Below, in pieces: positions 38,710-51,494 of a stretch of 64,000 nt of DNA. A program made the translations under genes and the position numbers. The notes beneath the pieces were generated by a model, which saw only the letters and a program-made list of their open reading frames with translations, did not search any database and was not told the origin of the DNA. The stretch lies in NCBI RefSeq assembly GCF_006345805.1, contig NC_043002.1, positions 83,204,001 to 83,268,000 on the forward strand, given 5' to 3'. Every line of letters begins with the position of its first letter. The stretch's first letter is position 1. Source of the DNA: Octopus sinensis. Taxonomy: Eukaryota.

Positions 38710-39205
38710 TATCATAAGTTGAAGACGGGAAGGATGGCTTCCCTTTGCAAATACTGATAGGGCACAAAAAGTATGTCTATAGCCAGCTGGAGGAGGTGTC
38801 CTCCTGGGGCTACAAACTACAGTAGCATCCACCCTTAGGGGTTAGCCATATTTAAATGGCAAATATACGTCATGATGTATCTTCCGTGCCGGTGGCATGT
38901 TAAAAGCACCAACTGATCGTGGCCACTGCCAGACTCCCCTGGCACCTATGCTGGTGGCACGTAAAAAGCACCCACTACACTCGCGGAGTGGTTGGCGTTA
39001 GGCAGAACATCCAGCTGCCAAATCAGACTGGAGCCTGGTGCAGCCCCTGGCTTCCCAGACCCCGGTCGAACCGTCCGACCCGTGCTAGCACGGAAAACGG
39101 ATGTTAAATGATGATGATGATGATGATGATATATGTGACCATGTGTGTAGCGTTGGTGATTTTTTTCTCTCTGTCTTCCCTTCCTTATATCTTTCCTTTT
39201 TCTAT

Positions 39206-39240
39206 GTTTCTGACGAAGAGCTCTGCTTGAAACGTTAAAT
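39206..39240 (+). ncRNA. Minimal hammerhead candidate in a short PLE-like repeat (about 39135-39345)
   Basis: GUUU-CUGACGA-A-GAGC(UCU)GCUU-GAAA-CG-UU/AAAU: intact core and ACGU palindrome, with weak helices. Confidence 0.5.
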
Positions 39241-41253
39241 CCTCCTTCTTTCTTTCCTTTCCTGAGCGTCCAATAACACTATACTTGTTCCCTGTTCTCG
39301 CATTGTTGTGTTTTCTCTTTGTGTTTTCATGTTTGGATTAACTATATATATATGTATGTATGTATCTATGTGTGTATGTATGTATTTATGTGTGTATATG
39401 TGTGTGTTAGTGTCTCTTTACCTTAACATCGTAATTGTTGTAAGCAAGTGCCCCTATCATGTAAGTGGTGTCCTTCATTTTCGATGATCCATGAAAATAT
39501 ATCTGGTCATGAGAAAATATCACCTTACTTGGAAACAGGTTAAGGTTGGTAACAGGATCCAACCATGGAAAAATCTGCCTCAACAAATTCCACCATGAAC
39601 ATAGAAACGTGGATGTTAAAGTGATGATGATGATGATACTGACTGGAAAAAAAGCTAGAATTGTTTGTTTAATACAGTGGTTATGAGATTACAATCCTAG
39701 ACTGCTGACTCTAATGTATAGGTATATGCATGACCATGTAGTTAAGTATTTCATTTTGCAACTGTGTAGTCTTAGATTCAGGTAGTGTTGTTAAACTAGA
39801 TCAAGGATTAATTTTCCAAGCAAACAACAGAAATAGTCCTCCAGGAACAGTTCCATTTCAACCAAATTTCAATCACGCAGCTTTGCTCAAATGAAGACAC
39901 TGGCCCAATGTGCTCCATAGTAGAATTGAACTCATTAACTGCTTAAACCACATAGACATGCATATCATAGACACATCTATATTATCTTGATAAGAATTCA
40001 ATGAAAGAGAGACAGAATATTTCTTTGAACTGTAGGTGCAGGCATGGCTGTATGGTTAAGAAGTTTGCTTTGCACCCACATTGTTTCTGGTTCAATCTCA
40101 CTGTGCAGTACCTTGGGCAAATGTCTTTTATTATAGCCCTGGGCTGGCAAAAGGCTTGTGAGTGAATTTAAAAGATGGAAACTGTAGAAAACCTGTTGTA
40201 TCTATCTATCTGTCTGTTTGTGTGTCTGTCTGTGTGTCTGTAAATAAGTTTGAATGTTAATTTTTTTTTTTATCACTGTTTGGGGGAGACTATGGAGATC
40301 CTTCCATTCCTTGCTGACATCACAGTTTGTCAGTCTGCCTGTGGAATAAAAAGATCCCTTCTTTGAAAAAAAAGAAATTGTCAGTGTGTGCTTTCAGTGA
40401 ATAAAAAGATCCCTTCTTTGAAAAAAAAAATTGTCAGTGTGTGCTTTCAGTGAATAAAAAGATCCCTTCTTTGAAAACAAAAGACAAAAACAAAAAAAAC
40501 ATGCTGACGATCGGAAGAGCACTTGGTTGTAGAGTTCTGTCTCAAAATCAATCCCTGCCCATAATATAAAGGTACACATAGGGTAAGGTACGGCTATTTG
40601 GTTAAGAAACTTACTTTGTAACCACATGGCTTTGGGTTCAGACCCACTGTGCAACACCTTGGGCAAGTGTCTTCTGCTATAGCACTGGGTCAACTAATGC
40701 CTTGTGAGTGAATTTGGTACATAGAAACTATGTAGAAGCCCACTGTATATATTAATATGTGTGTGTGCATGTGTTTTGTGTTTGTATGTGATCTCTACTT
40801 GACAACCAATGTTGGTTTGTTTACATCCTCATAACTTAATGATTTGGCATAAGAGATTGATAAGAGACTGAACAAGTACTAGGCTGAAAAAAAAAAGTTC
40901 TGGGATTGATTCATTTGACTAAAACCCCCTCGAGATGGTGCCCCAGCATGGCTGCAGTCCAGTGATTGAAACAAGTAAAAGATACGCAAAAGATAAATAA
41001 AAATTGTTCTGGCTTCAGTTTACTAAATTTTTAGGTTCAGTAAAATTCTTCAACCATCAATTATTTAGATATGTAAGTAAATACAGATGTGCGTGGTGTG
41101 TGTGTGTGTGTGTGTGTGTATGCATGTGTGTGTGTGTGTGTGTGTGTACGTTTGTGCATAAGAGTTCATTGGGTCAGAGAGTTCAGAGGTCAGTCTTTAT
41201 AATAAGAGTTTCTTGATAGGGATGACTTATTCTAATGTTATATATATTGCCAG

Positions 41254-41450
41254 GTTGAATATACCTTTGAGATGTCGCCGAAACATAAAATACCTTGGAT
41301 TACATACAATGGAGAAGTTGTCAGTGACTCCCAGTTCATTATTGAGTATCTGAACAAGAAATTCAACCTTAATTTTAACAGTCATCTCACAGATGAACAA
41401 CGAAGTATTGCTAGGGCCATGCAGAAAATGTTAGAAGAGAACTTATATTG
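41254..41450 (+). CDS. FAXC: FAX/FAXC-like copy 1, exon 3
   Basis: Acceptor ttgccag|gtt, donor tg|gtaatt. Encodes VEYTFEMSPKHKIPWITYNGEVVSDSQFIIEYLNKKFNLNFNSHLTDEQRSIARAMQKMLEENLYW, with the K.PWI.YNG..V.DS.FII motif. Confidence 0.94.
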
Positions 41451-43037
41451 GTAATTATTTTTGTTTATTATTTTTATATTTTATGCATTTTTGCATGTGT
41501 GTGTGTGTGTGTGTGCGTGCATATTTCTATTTCTCAAAATATTTATGAAAAAAAATAAAAACAGCTCTAATGTAAATCTTGTGTAGTTTGTAAAAATTTC
41601 AATTCAATGGAATTCTTTTGTAAGCCAAAAGTATCACAGGAAGGTTAGTAAAGTTAAGTTTCTGCAGCAGTATAAAAATGAGTGAGATAGAGAGAGAAAG
41701 AGATGTATGTCCCACTACCTGTAGATGGAAGTCTTGATTTTTAGAATTAATTATAATTGCATTCACATCTAGGATGCTTTATAGGAATGACAATTTTGAA
41801 CAAGTAATTAACAAGTGTGTGGAGGCACACAGATTAGTGGTTAGAGCAGCGGACTCATGGTCGAGGTATCATAGGTTTGAATCTCAGACTGGGTGATGTG
41901 TGTGTTTATGAGCGAAACACCTAAGCTTCACACGGCTCCGGCAGAAGGGAATGGTGAACTTCTGCTGACTCTTTTGCCACAACTCTCTCTCATTCTTTCC
42001 TCCTGCATCTTGCAGCTCACCTGTGACGGACCAGCGTCCTGTCCAGGTGGGGAACCTATATGCCAAGGAAACCGGGGAACCGGCCCTTATGAGCCAGGAA
42101 TGGCTCGAGAAGGAACAAACAACAATTAACAAGTACTTAAGTTTTTGGGCCTTGAAAAAAATGAAAGGCAAAGTTAACTTTGACTGGATTTGAACACAAA
42201 ATATAAACCCTTTAGCATTTAAACTGGCCATATCTGGATCAAATATTGCACATGGCTGTGGTTAGAGCATCAGGCTTACAATTGTGGTGTTGTGAGTTTG
42301 ATTCATGGACCAGGCTATGTATTGTGTTCTTGAGCAAGACACTTTATTTTCACATTGCTACAGTTCACTCAGCTGTAGAAATGAGTTGCAGCATTACTGG
42401 AGCCAAGCTGTATCAGCCTTTGCCTTTCCCTCAGATAACATTGGTGGTGTAGAGAGAGGAGACTGGTATGCATGGGTGACTGCTGGTCTTCTATAAGCAA
42501 TCTTGCTCAGACTTACTAGCTAGGAACTTTCTAGCTGCAATCCCATAGTCATTCGTGACTGAAAGGTGTCTTTACTCCACTTTCTTTATGTTCAAATTGG
42601 CCAGATCTGGCCTCTCATACCTATCCTACAATGTCATTCTAAAAATGTACAATCATATCATTAAAGCTTGTAAGCTACATCATAATACATGATTAATTCA
42701 AAACAATGTGTGTAAAAAAGCATTACATTTCACAGCATAATATGAATGCTAAAGGGTTAAAGACTGTAAATTCAGTTATAATACTATTACTGCATTTGAT
42801 GGCATAAAAGATGCACAGGCATATTAGATGCATCACAATTTCAGCAGTGTTTATTCAGCAAAAACATTTTTAATGTCTTAAAGCATGTAATATAGGCCAA
42901 ACATCACAAATAGGATCCAAGGGCAATATTTTTGAGACAACTTTTTGGATAAAAAAGTTCATCATATATGCCATCAAACATGATAATTTTGTAGAAGGTT
43001 TGTAATCTATCTTCTACAGAAGAGTGAATAAAGTTAC

Positions 43038-43720
43038 TGTTGTGATGAGAGTTACAATACCCCCTTGCAAGAAATAGACTGATCCGAGTAAAGTATAAAT
43101 AACAATGATTCGAGTGAGTTTGGAGTCAAATGAAGTTCATGTTAGTTCACAGTGAAGTTGGAAGTTGTCAGTTGGTTAGTTCACAAGGAATATTGATTGT
43201 TGGTTCGTCAAGAGATTTGTTAGTTCGTTACATTGTTTTTACTGCTGTCTGGTTATCTTATTTATTGAACATAATTTAACAATTTGTTTATGATACAACT
43301 TGTTAGATAATGGAAGATTTATTAGCTTCCATAGTACAGTTGCAAAAGCAACAAGGGTTGCTGAAGCAACTATTATAGCAACAACTACAACAACAATTAT
43401 TGGAACTAAAGCAGTCCAAAAATGAGGTAAGTTCGTTTTCGCCAGACGGCATTTCAAACTCAATTAATGAATTCAGTTATAGTCCAGAGGAGAGCATAAC
43501 TTTTGCATCGTACTACAGAAGGTATGAGAAGATTTTTAAGCAAGATTGCAAATCATGGTTAAATGAACAAAAACAGATTGTTATTGTGAAAATTAGCTCC
43601 ATTAGAGCATGAACGTTACTATAATTTAATATTGCCCGAAAAACCCAATGAAATTTGTTTTAAAGAAACAATAGAATTATTGTCTAACATATTTATTGAT
43701 ATGATACAATAATACTTTTA
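43038..43720 (+). mobile_element. Old Gypsy relic (LTR-like segment plus gag N-terminus)
   Basis: A TGTTG...TTACA segment (43038-43232) is followed by FSYSPEESITFASYYRRYEKIF...RLLL.KL...EHERY.NLILP.KP.EI.F.ETI..L..IF across a frameshift, typical of Gypsy gag starts. Confidence 0.65.
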
Positions 43721-43949
43721 CAACCATTATGGCCTCAGAATCTTACACCAAGTCATCCAATGTATGACTGAAATCAATAAGGCTTACATCTGTCTTGTAG
43801 CTCACATTTTCAAATTTATTGCATATCGTTCCATTGACAATTTTTGATAATTTCATTTAAGATGGAAAATGTTGCTGGTTTTAGGCACAGAAAGGGCAGT
43901 GTCTCTGGCATATCTGATTTCTAAACACAGCCTATCAACTTTTTCTTTA

Positions 43950-45200
43950 TCTGGCATATCTGCTATGAGATAGGCATCTACCTCAGTACTACTAGTAAAC
44001 AGTCCACCATGATATCCAAATCGGCTGTTCATTGTCTATCCACTACAATATTGGCAATTTCCTTCTTCTCCAGTCCCTCCACCATTAACTGCTGCTGGTG
44101 GTTATCCCATCCTTTAATGATGTCAAGCACTTGCCACCTCCTTCACCCACAAGTGTGGTGAGTTTGGCATATCGCCTGAATGCCCTGGGCACTTGACATT
44201 CAATCAGATCAGCCAACTTGGATTTAACTTGAGAAAATGATGCTAATTTGAGTTGCTTGGCACCTCAATAACTCAACTCATAGTTTATAAATCCCACACT
44301 GCATTCTGAGTCAAGATTGTGAATGGGAGCTCTCTGCATTTTATCTAAGTCCATGTTCACCAGAGCATGAGGTTCCAAAACCAAACAGAACTCCCTTCTG
44401 GTTCTGGAAACCATCCGCTAACTTTGGAAGACTTTCAACAATATTTTTAACACTTCTGGCTTCAACTCAGTTGCAATAGCTTCAACAGCACAGCATATAT
44501 CTTCATCTTATCTGGTTTCCTAGAATCTGCTAGAAGACATGAAATTGAATGCAGGGCTATGCTCATTTAGGAATTGGTTTGGATCCATTGTGGAAAGGTC
44601 ATCATAAAGTTGTTTGAAAGTAGGTACAAGTTTTGAGTAGGTTGTTCTTGTTGAAGTGGTGGATGAAATGAATGGTTCAACAAAGTGCAGTCCAATCAGC
44701 GCTCCTGTGCAATACAGGACTTTGAGGCACTCCAGATCTATGAGACATCATACGATACAAGACAGTTGGTTTGTAACATGCTTGTATTTCTCCAAATATG
44801 ATGCCACATCATCCAGGTGGTACAAAGTTATTGCACAAGTCAAAGTGAGATGGTTAAAGTGTTCATTCTTCAGGGCAACAGATTTATTAACCTGTGGTTA
44901 ATGTGCTTGTCGAATTTATTGTCTTTGTTCCATGACTAGTGGTCAAAATCATAATTGATTAATCTTATGCAATCAAGAGTCTGTTCAGTGACACTGGACG
45001 AACTCAATGTTGCATTTACAAAAACACTCAAATAAATCTTGTCTCATCCACTTGCATTCTCTTGATGTCACTCCACGGTTTAGTTATTACTTGGTTGAAC
45101 ATGAGTGAAGGGTGCACAGATATTCAGGAATGTGCTCTGTACTGAGATTTCCTGCTGCAATCTTTTCGGCCCCAAGATTGTGTGATGTTTAGTCCAAGAT
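43950..45200 (-). pseudogene. Degenerate DNA-transposase-like relic, superfamily uncertain
   Basis: Reads KNEHFNHLTLTCAITLYHLDDVASYLEKYKHVTNQLSCIV*CLIDLECLKVLYCTGALIGLHFVEPF...KQLYDDL. This is protein-like with a stop and resembles invertebrate transposase-derived ORFs from memory. Confidence 0.4.
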
Positions 45201-45555
45201 AATAAAATTAATTATTCTAAATAGTGTTTTTAACCAGGATACTACTTTATTGCATTTCATTTGCCATAGAGGCAGTACAAAGATGGGTAGCTTTGTGGGC
45301 TAGACAAGACATTGATGAGGCGAATGATAATAATACAAGATGATAAGGATGGGAGAAGTCAGAAAGTGCCCTACTAGGTGGGGATGTTGGAGCCTGGTGC
45401 AACCATCTGGCTCACCAGTCCCCAGTCAAACTGTCCAACCCATGCCAGCATGGAAAGTGGACGTTAAACGACGACAACTGTGATGATGATGATTTTTTTC
45501 TTTAATTTATTTTTTCCTATATTCTGTATCATTTGTTTGAGATGAGATATCTGAG

Positions 45556-46070
45556 GGCTATGGTTGGTGTGACATGGCTGGACAGGATGAGGAATGAGGA
45601 GGTGTTAAGATGAGCAGGAATGAAAGAAAAACTAACAACCAAATTGGATAAACGTATGCTGAGGTGGTGTGGCCACATGGAGAGGATTGATGAGTGGATG
45701 GTAAGAAGAGTGATGCAGGCTGAAGTGGTAGGTAGCAGACCCAGAGGCAGACCTCAGTTTGTGTGGATGGATGGAGTGAGGAAAGCTTGGTGTTGGAGTG
45801 AGAGAGGCAAGAGAGTTTATAAATGATAGGAAAGCTTGGAGAGTGTCTGTGGATGGATGAGTGAATTTTGATGTTGCTCAAAGGGGTACGAAACCAGCAT
45901 GATGTGGCAAGGGTAAACCAGCATATGCTGTCAGGCCCCGCTGCTGATACTGGGGATTGCATTCTATACCTTGACTGAGCATAGAACGGGGCTTGCCCCT
46001 TTGAGCTGGGAAATGAATGGAATGCCTGGTGTGTGCCTTGCTGTGGCTACCCCCTCCTAAAAAAATGGGA
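45556..46070 (+). mobile_element. RTE-clade LINE 3' fragment
   Basis: MVGVTWLDRMRNEEVLR*...RMLRWCGHMERIDEWMVRRVMQAEVVGSRPRGRPQFVWMDGV matches the RTE C-terminal LRW.GH..R...G.R.RGRP..W.D motif. Confidence 0.85.
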
Positions 46071-47161
46071 AATAGGCCTGAGTATATATATATATGTATG
46101 TTGATGTACTATGCAAGCTTCCAATACAGTTAAGCTCTTGTGGCCAGACATTGTTCTGTATCAATCTCGATTCCAGCTATAATGAGAAGGCAGCGAGCTG
46201 GCAGAATTGTTAGCATTCTGGGCAAAATGCTTAGTGGCATTTTGTCTGTCCTTGTGTTCTGAGTTCAAATGCCACCAAAGTCAACTTCGCCTGTATTCCT
46301 TTTGGTGTTGATAAAATAAGTACCAGTTGAGCACTGGGGTCGATACAATTGACTTGCCTCCTCCTCCAAACTTGCTGGCCTTGTTCCAAAATTTGAAACC
46401 TTTCTTATGACTATCATCACCCACCATCTATCTTCATAATCTTTAAATTAAATGAGGCTTCAGAGTTATTGCCCCTATCTTAATCGATCAAATCTAGACA
46501 TGCAGGTTAACATTTTCCTCTCATTAAAGCAGAGGAATCCGTGGTCAATTAATTTTTTTGTATTTTTGTTTATTATATTATGCATATTATCACTAATTTA
46601 ACTCTTTGTTTTAATCTGCAGATGGCATCCTTATCCCAGTCATTATTTTTAACTGCTTTTATTTCAATTAATTTTGAAAATAAAGAAAGATTTAGCAAAA
46701 TAACTTTTAATCACTATTAATCTTGGGTTTGAAGTGGCAAGCTGGCACAATAGGTTGCATGTTGGGCAGAATGCTTAGTGACATTTCCTCTGTCTTTGTG
46801 TTCTGAGTTCAAATTCCATCAAAATCGGCTTTGCCTTTCATCCTTTGGGGGTAACAGTTGAGTATTTGGGTCGATGAAATCAACTTAGCCCCTTCCCTCA
46901 AAATTTCTGGCCTTGTACGTATAATAGAAGGGATTATTAATCTTGGGTTTGGAACATGAATTAATATGGAATTTTGATGGAAGGTTTTAATTTAGACCCC
47001 TTTAAAACTTGAAGTTTGTATCCTAGAACTAGCAGAGGTTCCAGAGGGTTGGTATCGAAAGGGTTAAATATACTTACCTTAAATAGTGACCAAGGTTAAA
47101 ATACTTAACTACATTTTCTTTATTAGTCACGATGCTTAATCTTTCAAATTTTATTCTGTAG

Positions 47162-47355
47162 GGGTCTTGTACGTTTACGATGGGTCTATGGAAACTCCTA
47201 TACCAGAAAAATTATCCCTATGCTTGCATACCAGTATTGGTTGATAAAAAGAAGATGTCAACGTTCTACATATTGCCAAGGTATAGGTCGACATACTCTT
47301 GCAGAGGTCAATCAAATTGTGATGGATGATTTAAAGGCTCTCTCTGATTTTCTTG
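47162..47355 (+). CDS. FAXC: FAX/FAXC-like copy 1, exon 4 (GST-like C-domain)
   Basis: Acceptor tctgtag|g, donor ttg|gtaagt. Encodes GLVRLRWVYG...YCQGIGRHTLAEVNQIVMDDLKALSDFL, matching G.GR...E....M..D...L...LG. Absent from the ORF track because it has no start codon. Confidence 0.92.
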
Positions 47356-48264
47356 GTAAGTAACCATAACCATCATCATTATCATCATCTGCAGCATCAT
47401 CTCAACCATCATCATTATCATCAATATAATTCTCATCCTTAAGGTGGTGGAACTGGCAGAATTGTTAACATCCTGGGCAAAATACTTTGTGACGTTTTGT
47501 CCCTTTTCACATTCTGAGTTCAAATTCCACTGAGGTCGACTTTGCCTTTCCTCTTTTTGGGGTCAATAAAATAAATACCACATGAACATTGGCATTGATC
47601 AAATCGACTTACCCGCTCCCTCCAAATTACTGACTTAGTGCCAAATTCCGAAATCAGTATAATTCTCATTGTTATTATTATCATATTCTATGATTACAAA
47701 CATTATTATTCCCACCAGCACCATCACCATCATCAACAATATCCGCAACATCAGCAGCACAACCACTAACAACACCACTACTAACTGCATCACCACCTCC
47801 AACAACAACAAAAACAATTCTACTACCATTACCACAATCATTCTTCATGCTCTTGTTTTTCCTGCAAATGTTGGAACATTAATGGCATCAGTGTCATTGG
47901 TCACAAGCAACTTGTAAAAGGCACGGGTCTACTCTACTCCTCCAGACTAACAACATAAAATATATACTTCCACACAGTAACATACACACACATACACACG
48001 TATATATGATGGGCTTCTTTCAGTCTCTATCTACAAAGTCCACTGAAGAGGCTTTGTTCAGTCTGAGATAATAGGAGAAAACATTTGCCTTAGGTGCCAA
48101 GCAATGGAACTGTACCCAAAACTACATAGTTGGCAAGCATACTTCTTAACTCTATTCATATATTCGTTTTAAAATTTGCTTTGCAAAAATTTTCATCTGA
48201 AACCCATGTGTTAAAACGAATATTGTTATGTCTTTGTAGAATCAAATTGTTAAAGTATATAAAT

Positions 48265-50350
48265 CAGTGTTTCCCAAACTTTTCGTGCCAAATTGCAATA
48301 TCACTCACCTGTCGGCCAAAAAATGCTCCATCGCCCCCCTGTGTATAAAAACCTAACACTCCCCAACACTAAGTCCCCTAAGAGAATCACCCCACCTTGT
48401 ATCATTTAACACACACACTATATCGTAGTCATTGCCTGGTTAGTGCCGTTTGGACTAAACATGCAGTTGTTTACAAATCTTTTATTGTGGGTTTAGTTTT
48501 GCCATTAGTATGAATAAAATTCTAACATTAACTCTATATTATGCAGACAGATTAACTTCAGTAAACTTGCACTTTCTTTTACACTGATTTCTATTTTCCC
48601 CAATTGAACCATCGGTCAGAAGTACCGATACAAAAAGAATTAATGATTGTATTATAAAGGAAACGAATACAACTTTTTAATGAGAACCATGTGTCTGGTG
48701 TGATGCAGCTAGTGTGGATACATTCAGTTTCAAACTTGTCGACTTTAGCCACAAGTCCCGTCGTTGTGTCATATCCAGTCCAATTCTTTTATGGGAAAAT
48801 AAAGTTCCAACATGGCTAAAACCAGATTCAACAAGGTATAAGGTAGGGAAGGCAAGCAAAAGTAATATCAGATGTTTTCACAGACTGGGGTAGGAATTCA
48901 ATATACTTTAATGGTACCACAATATTTTTTTGCCATTACGGTGATATCGCATTGTGGCATCATTGTCATTTTGTAATTCTATCAATTTCTCCTGAACGCC
49001 ATCCTTGCAATTGACTGCATCGACCTCAAACGGATTGCTATACCAATTTGGAATATTCAGCACAATAATGTCTTGAAATCGCTCCACCATGTCATCATGC
49101 AATAGTTGTGATATGTAGTTAAATCCTCATCAACCAGTTTATCTTTCAAAGAATCAAGTTGTGGAAATTGGTGGAACTGATACTTTGAAATGTTAGTTTT
49201 CTACAGCACCAATTTCGAAATGAAGGTAGTAATAAATGATTTACAACCAACAAGAGTTTTTCTACTTCCTTGCAATAACTTATTCAAATCATTTAATTTT
49301 GTGAATATATCACGAAGAAAAATGATATCGCACCTTGCAGCCATCAATGAAGTGGATAGTGGAGTACATTCATAGAAAAATATGATTATATGAAACAGTT
49401 CAACAGTTTCCTTTTGACAGCCACCACACTTTGGTATGGTATAAGAGTTTAGTATAGTCCTCATCATTTCTCAGACAGAATTGACAGAAAATTCAATCAG
49501 ACAAGGGACTGGACTTCAATTTGTTCACAGTCTTGATAACTAATTGTAGTGCATCATTCAATTTACTGTTCATATTTTTTGTCACTAAATGCTGCCAGTG
49601 TACCACACAATGAAGTTAGTATCTGGTGGGAAATTTCATGCTTTAGGAGAGACGAAAAACCTCTGCATCTTCCTGTCATTGAAGGGGCTCCAACAGATGC
49701 ACAGGCAAGGATATTACTGAGTGGGATATTATGTTCAAAAAGGTAAGAGTGTGAAAAGTAGTTGCACCTTTTGAATCAAGTGGCAGTTTCTCTATGAACA
49801 GCATTTCCTCATGGAGATGTAGCATTAATATAATTTATTGGCTGCACAAATCCAACACATTCTCTTACAGCTGTTTCAATTTTGCCCAAAGATTAAATTC
49901 AAATAACCAAATCATTCTATTGGGAAAAATCTCATCAGAGGTGTAGAAAAGAAATGGTATATCTTTTCTACTAACATTCAGAAAATCTATACCCATTACA
50001 GAAGCGATGTGATGAAAATTGTTGGAAGGAAAGAGAAAGAATACAAACAAAAACGAGTGAATGTGTTCATAAGTTTCAATAATATGACTTTTCCAAAATA
50101 TAACATTTAATTTATTTTTCATCAGAAATTAATATAAAATTTTTTTACTCTTTTTTCTTCTATTTTATTCCTTATAATCTGTGAATTTCCTCGTCTGAGA
50201 CTTTCGTAGATACTCACCTTGTCTCTAATGACAGAATACCCAGTGTACAGACATACTAACCTATCACTTGGGGTATCCCAGGAACAGCTGTAAGACTTCA
50301 AATTCACCTTAACCAAATTATTATAAATGACTTGAGATACTCGTCCTGCC
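48265..50350 (-). pseudogene. Degenerate hAT (Buster/Charlie) transposase with one TIR
   Basis: TIR CAGTGTTTCCCAAACT at 48265. Fragments: AFPTLYLVESGFSHV...RDLWL...HQTHGSH*, ERFQDI..L.IP.W..NPF...LIELQND and DIFTKLNDLNKLLQG, split by frameshifts and stops. Confidence 0.85.
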
Positions 50351-50407
50351 TTGGTTTTTGTTGACCTTTTCCTCTAATATATCTGTGTGTGTGTGTTATT
50401 TTAACAG

Positions 50408-50524
50408 GTAAAAAGAAATTCTTGATGGGAGATGAACTCTGTGAGACTGATTTTGCCATTTTCGGGATGATAGCTTATTCAAGGCAGATGCCAGAAAACT
50501 GCATTTTAAAAGAAATTATTGATG
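50408..50524 (+). CDS. FAXC: FAX/FAXC-like copy 1, exon 5
   Basis: Acceptor ttaacag|gt, donor gatg|gttagt. Encodes (G)KKKFLMGDELCETDFAIFGMIAYSRQMPENCILKEIID, matching the GST N-capping K.F.MGD....D...FG motif. Confidence 0.9.
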
Positions 50525-51295
50525 GTTAGTATAACTACTTGTGTATCTTCGTTTACAGTTACTTGTATTTCCCAATGAACATTAGATGTGTAGTGAAAAG
50601 ATTAAACAAAAGCAGTCATATGAGAGTTAACCATTGTTAGATCCAGTGTTATTTAATTTTATCTTGTATCTTGCACTTGTTTATGTCAATTGACTGTGTT
50701 CATGCTGGGACATTGATTTGAGGGGTTTTAGTTGAAGAAATCGACCCCAGGACCTATTGGGTTTTTTATATATATTTTTTGCTAGTTTAAGTCTACTACT
50801 TATTCTCTTGGTCACTTTATATAAAGAGTAAAGACCTCCTCAGTCATGAATGACCATGGGGTTGCACCTAGAAAGTTCCCCTCCAAAGCACAAGGTTGCT
50901 TATGGAAGACCAGCAGTTGCCCATGTATACCAGCCTCCCCTCTCCATGCCACCAATTTTATCCAAGGCAAAGGCCAAAACTGATACAGCTTTGCACCAGT
51001 GACTTCACAACTAATTTCTGCAGCTGAGTGAACTGGAGCAATATGAAATAAAGTGCCTTGCCCAAGAACGTTACTCACAGCCCAGTCCAGAAATCAAACT
51101 AAATATCTCATGATTGTAAGCATAACACTCTAACCACTGAGCCATGTGCCTTCACTAACTTATATATATATGTGTGTGTATAAATATATATATTTTATAT
51201 ATATATATATATATATTATATATATGTATATATATATATATATATTTTATATATATTTTATATATATATATACAATTATAATTAAGGGCATATGG

Positions 51296-51494
51296 TGAGA
51301 GGAGACGCTAAATCGTTGAACCACATTACTATTATTATTGCACATGTTGAAAAGCAAGGGAGGGAGTATGCTAATGGAAATTCATGACTCGATTTTATGA
51401 ATTTCTGTTAGCTTGGTCCCTTGCTTTTTGACACATGTGTAATAATAATAGTAATGATATTTAATGTGGTTCAACGATTTAGCGTCTCCTCTCA
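51296..51494. mobile_element. Near-perfect palindromic MITE in FAX intron 5
   Basis: 33-bp perfect terminal inverted repeat (TGAGAGGAGACGCTAAATCGTTGAACCACATTA), with pairing continuing almost to the centre. Confidence 0.8.

Noticed and set aside
47635-47917. Low-complexity T/N- or V/M-rich ORFs (also 47308-47523 and the His/Arg-rich 54188-54412)
   Set aside because: They are trinucleotide-type simple repeats with no splice or homology support.
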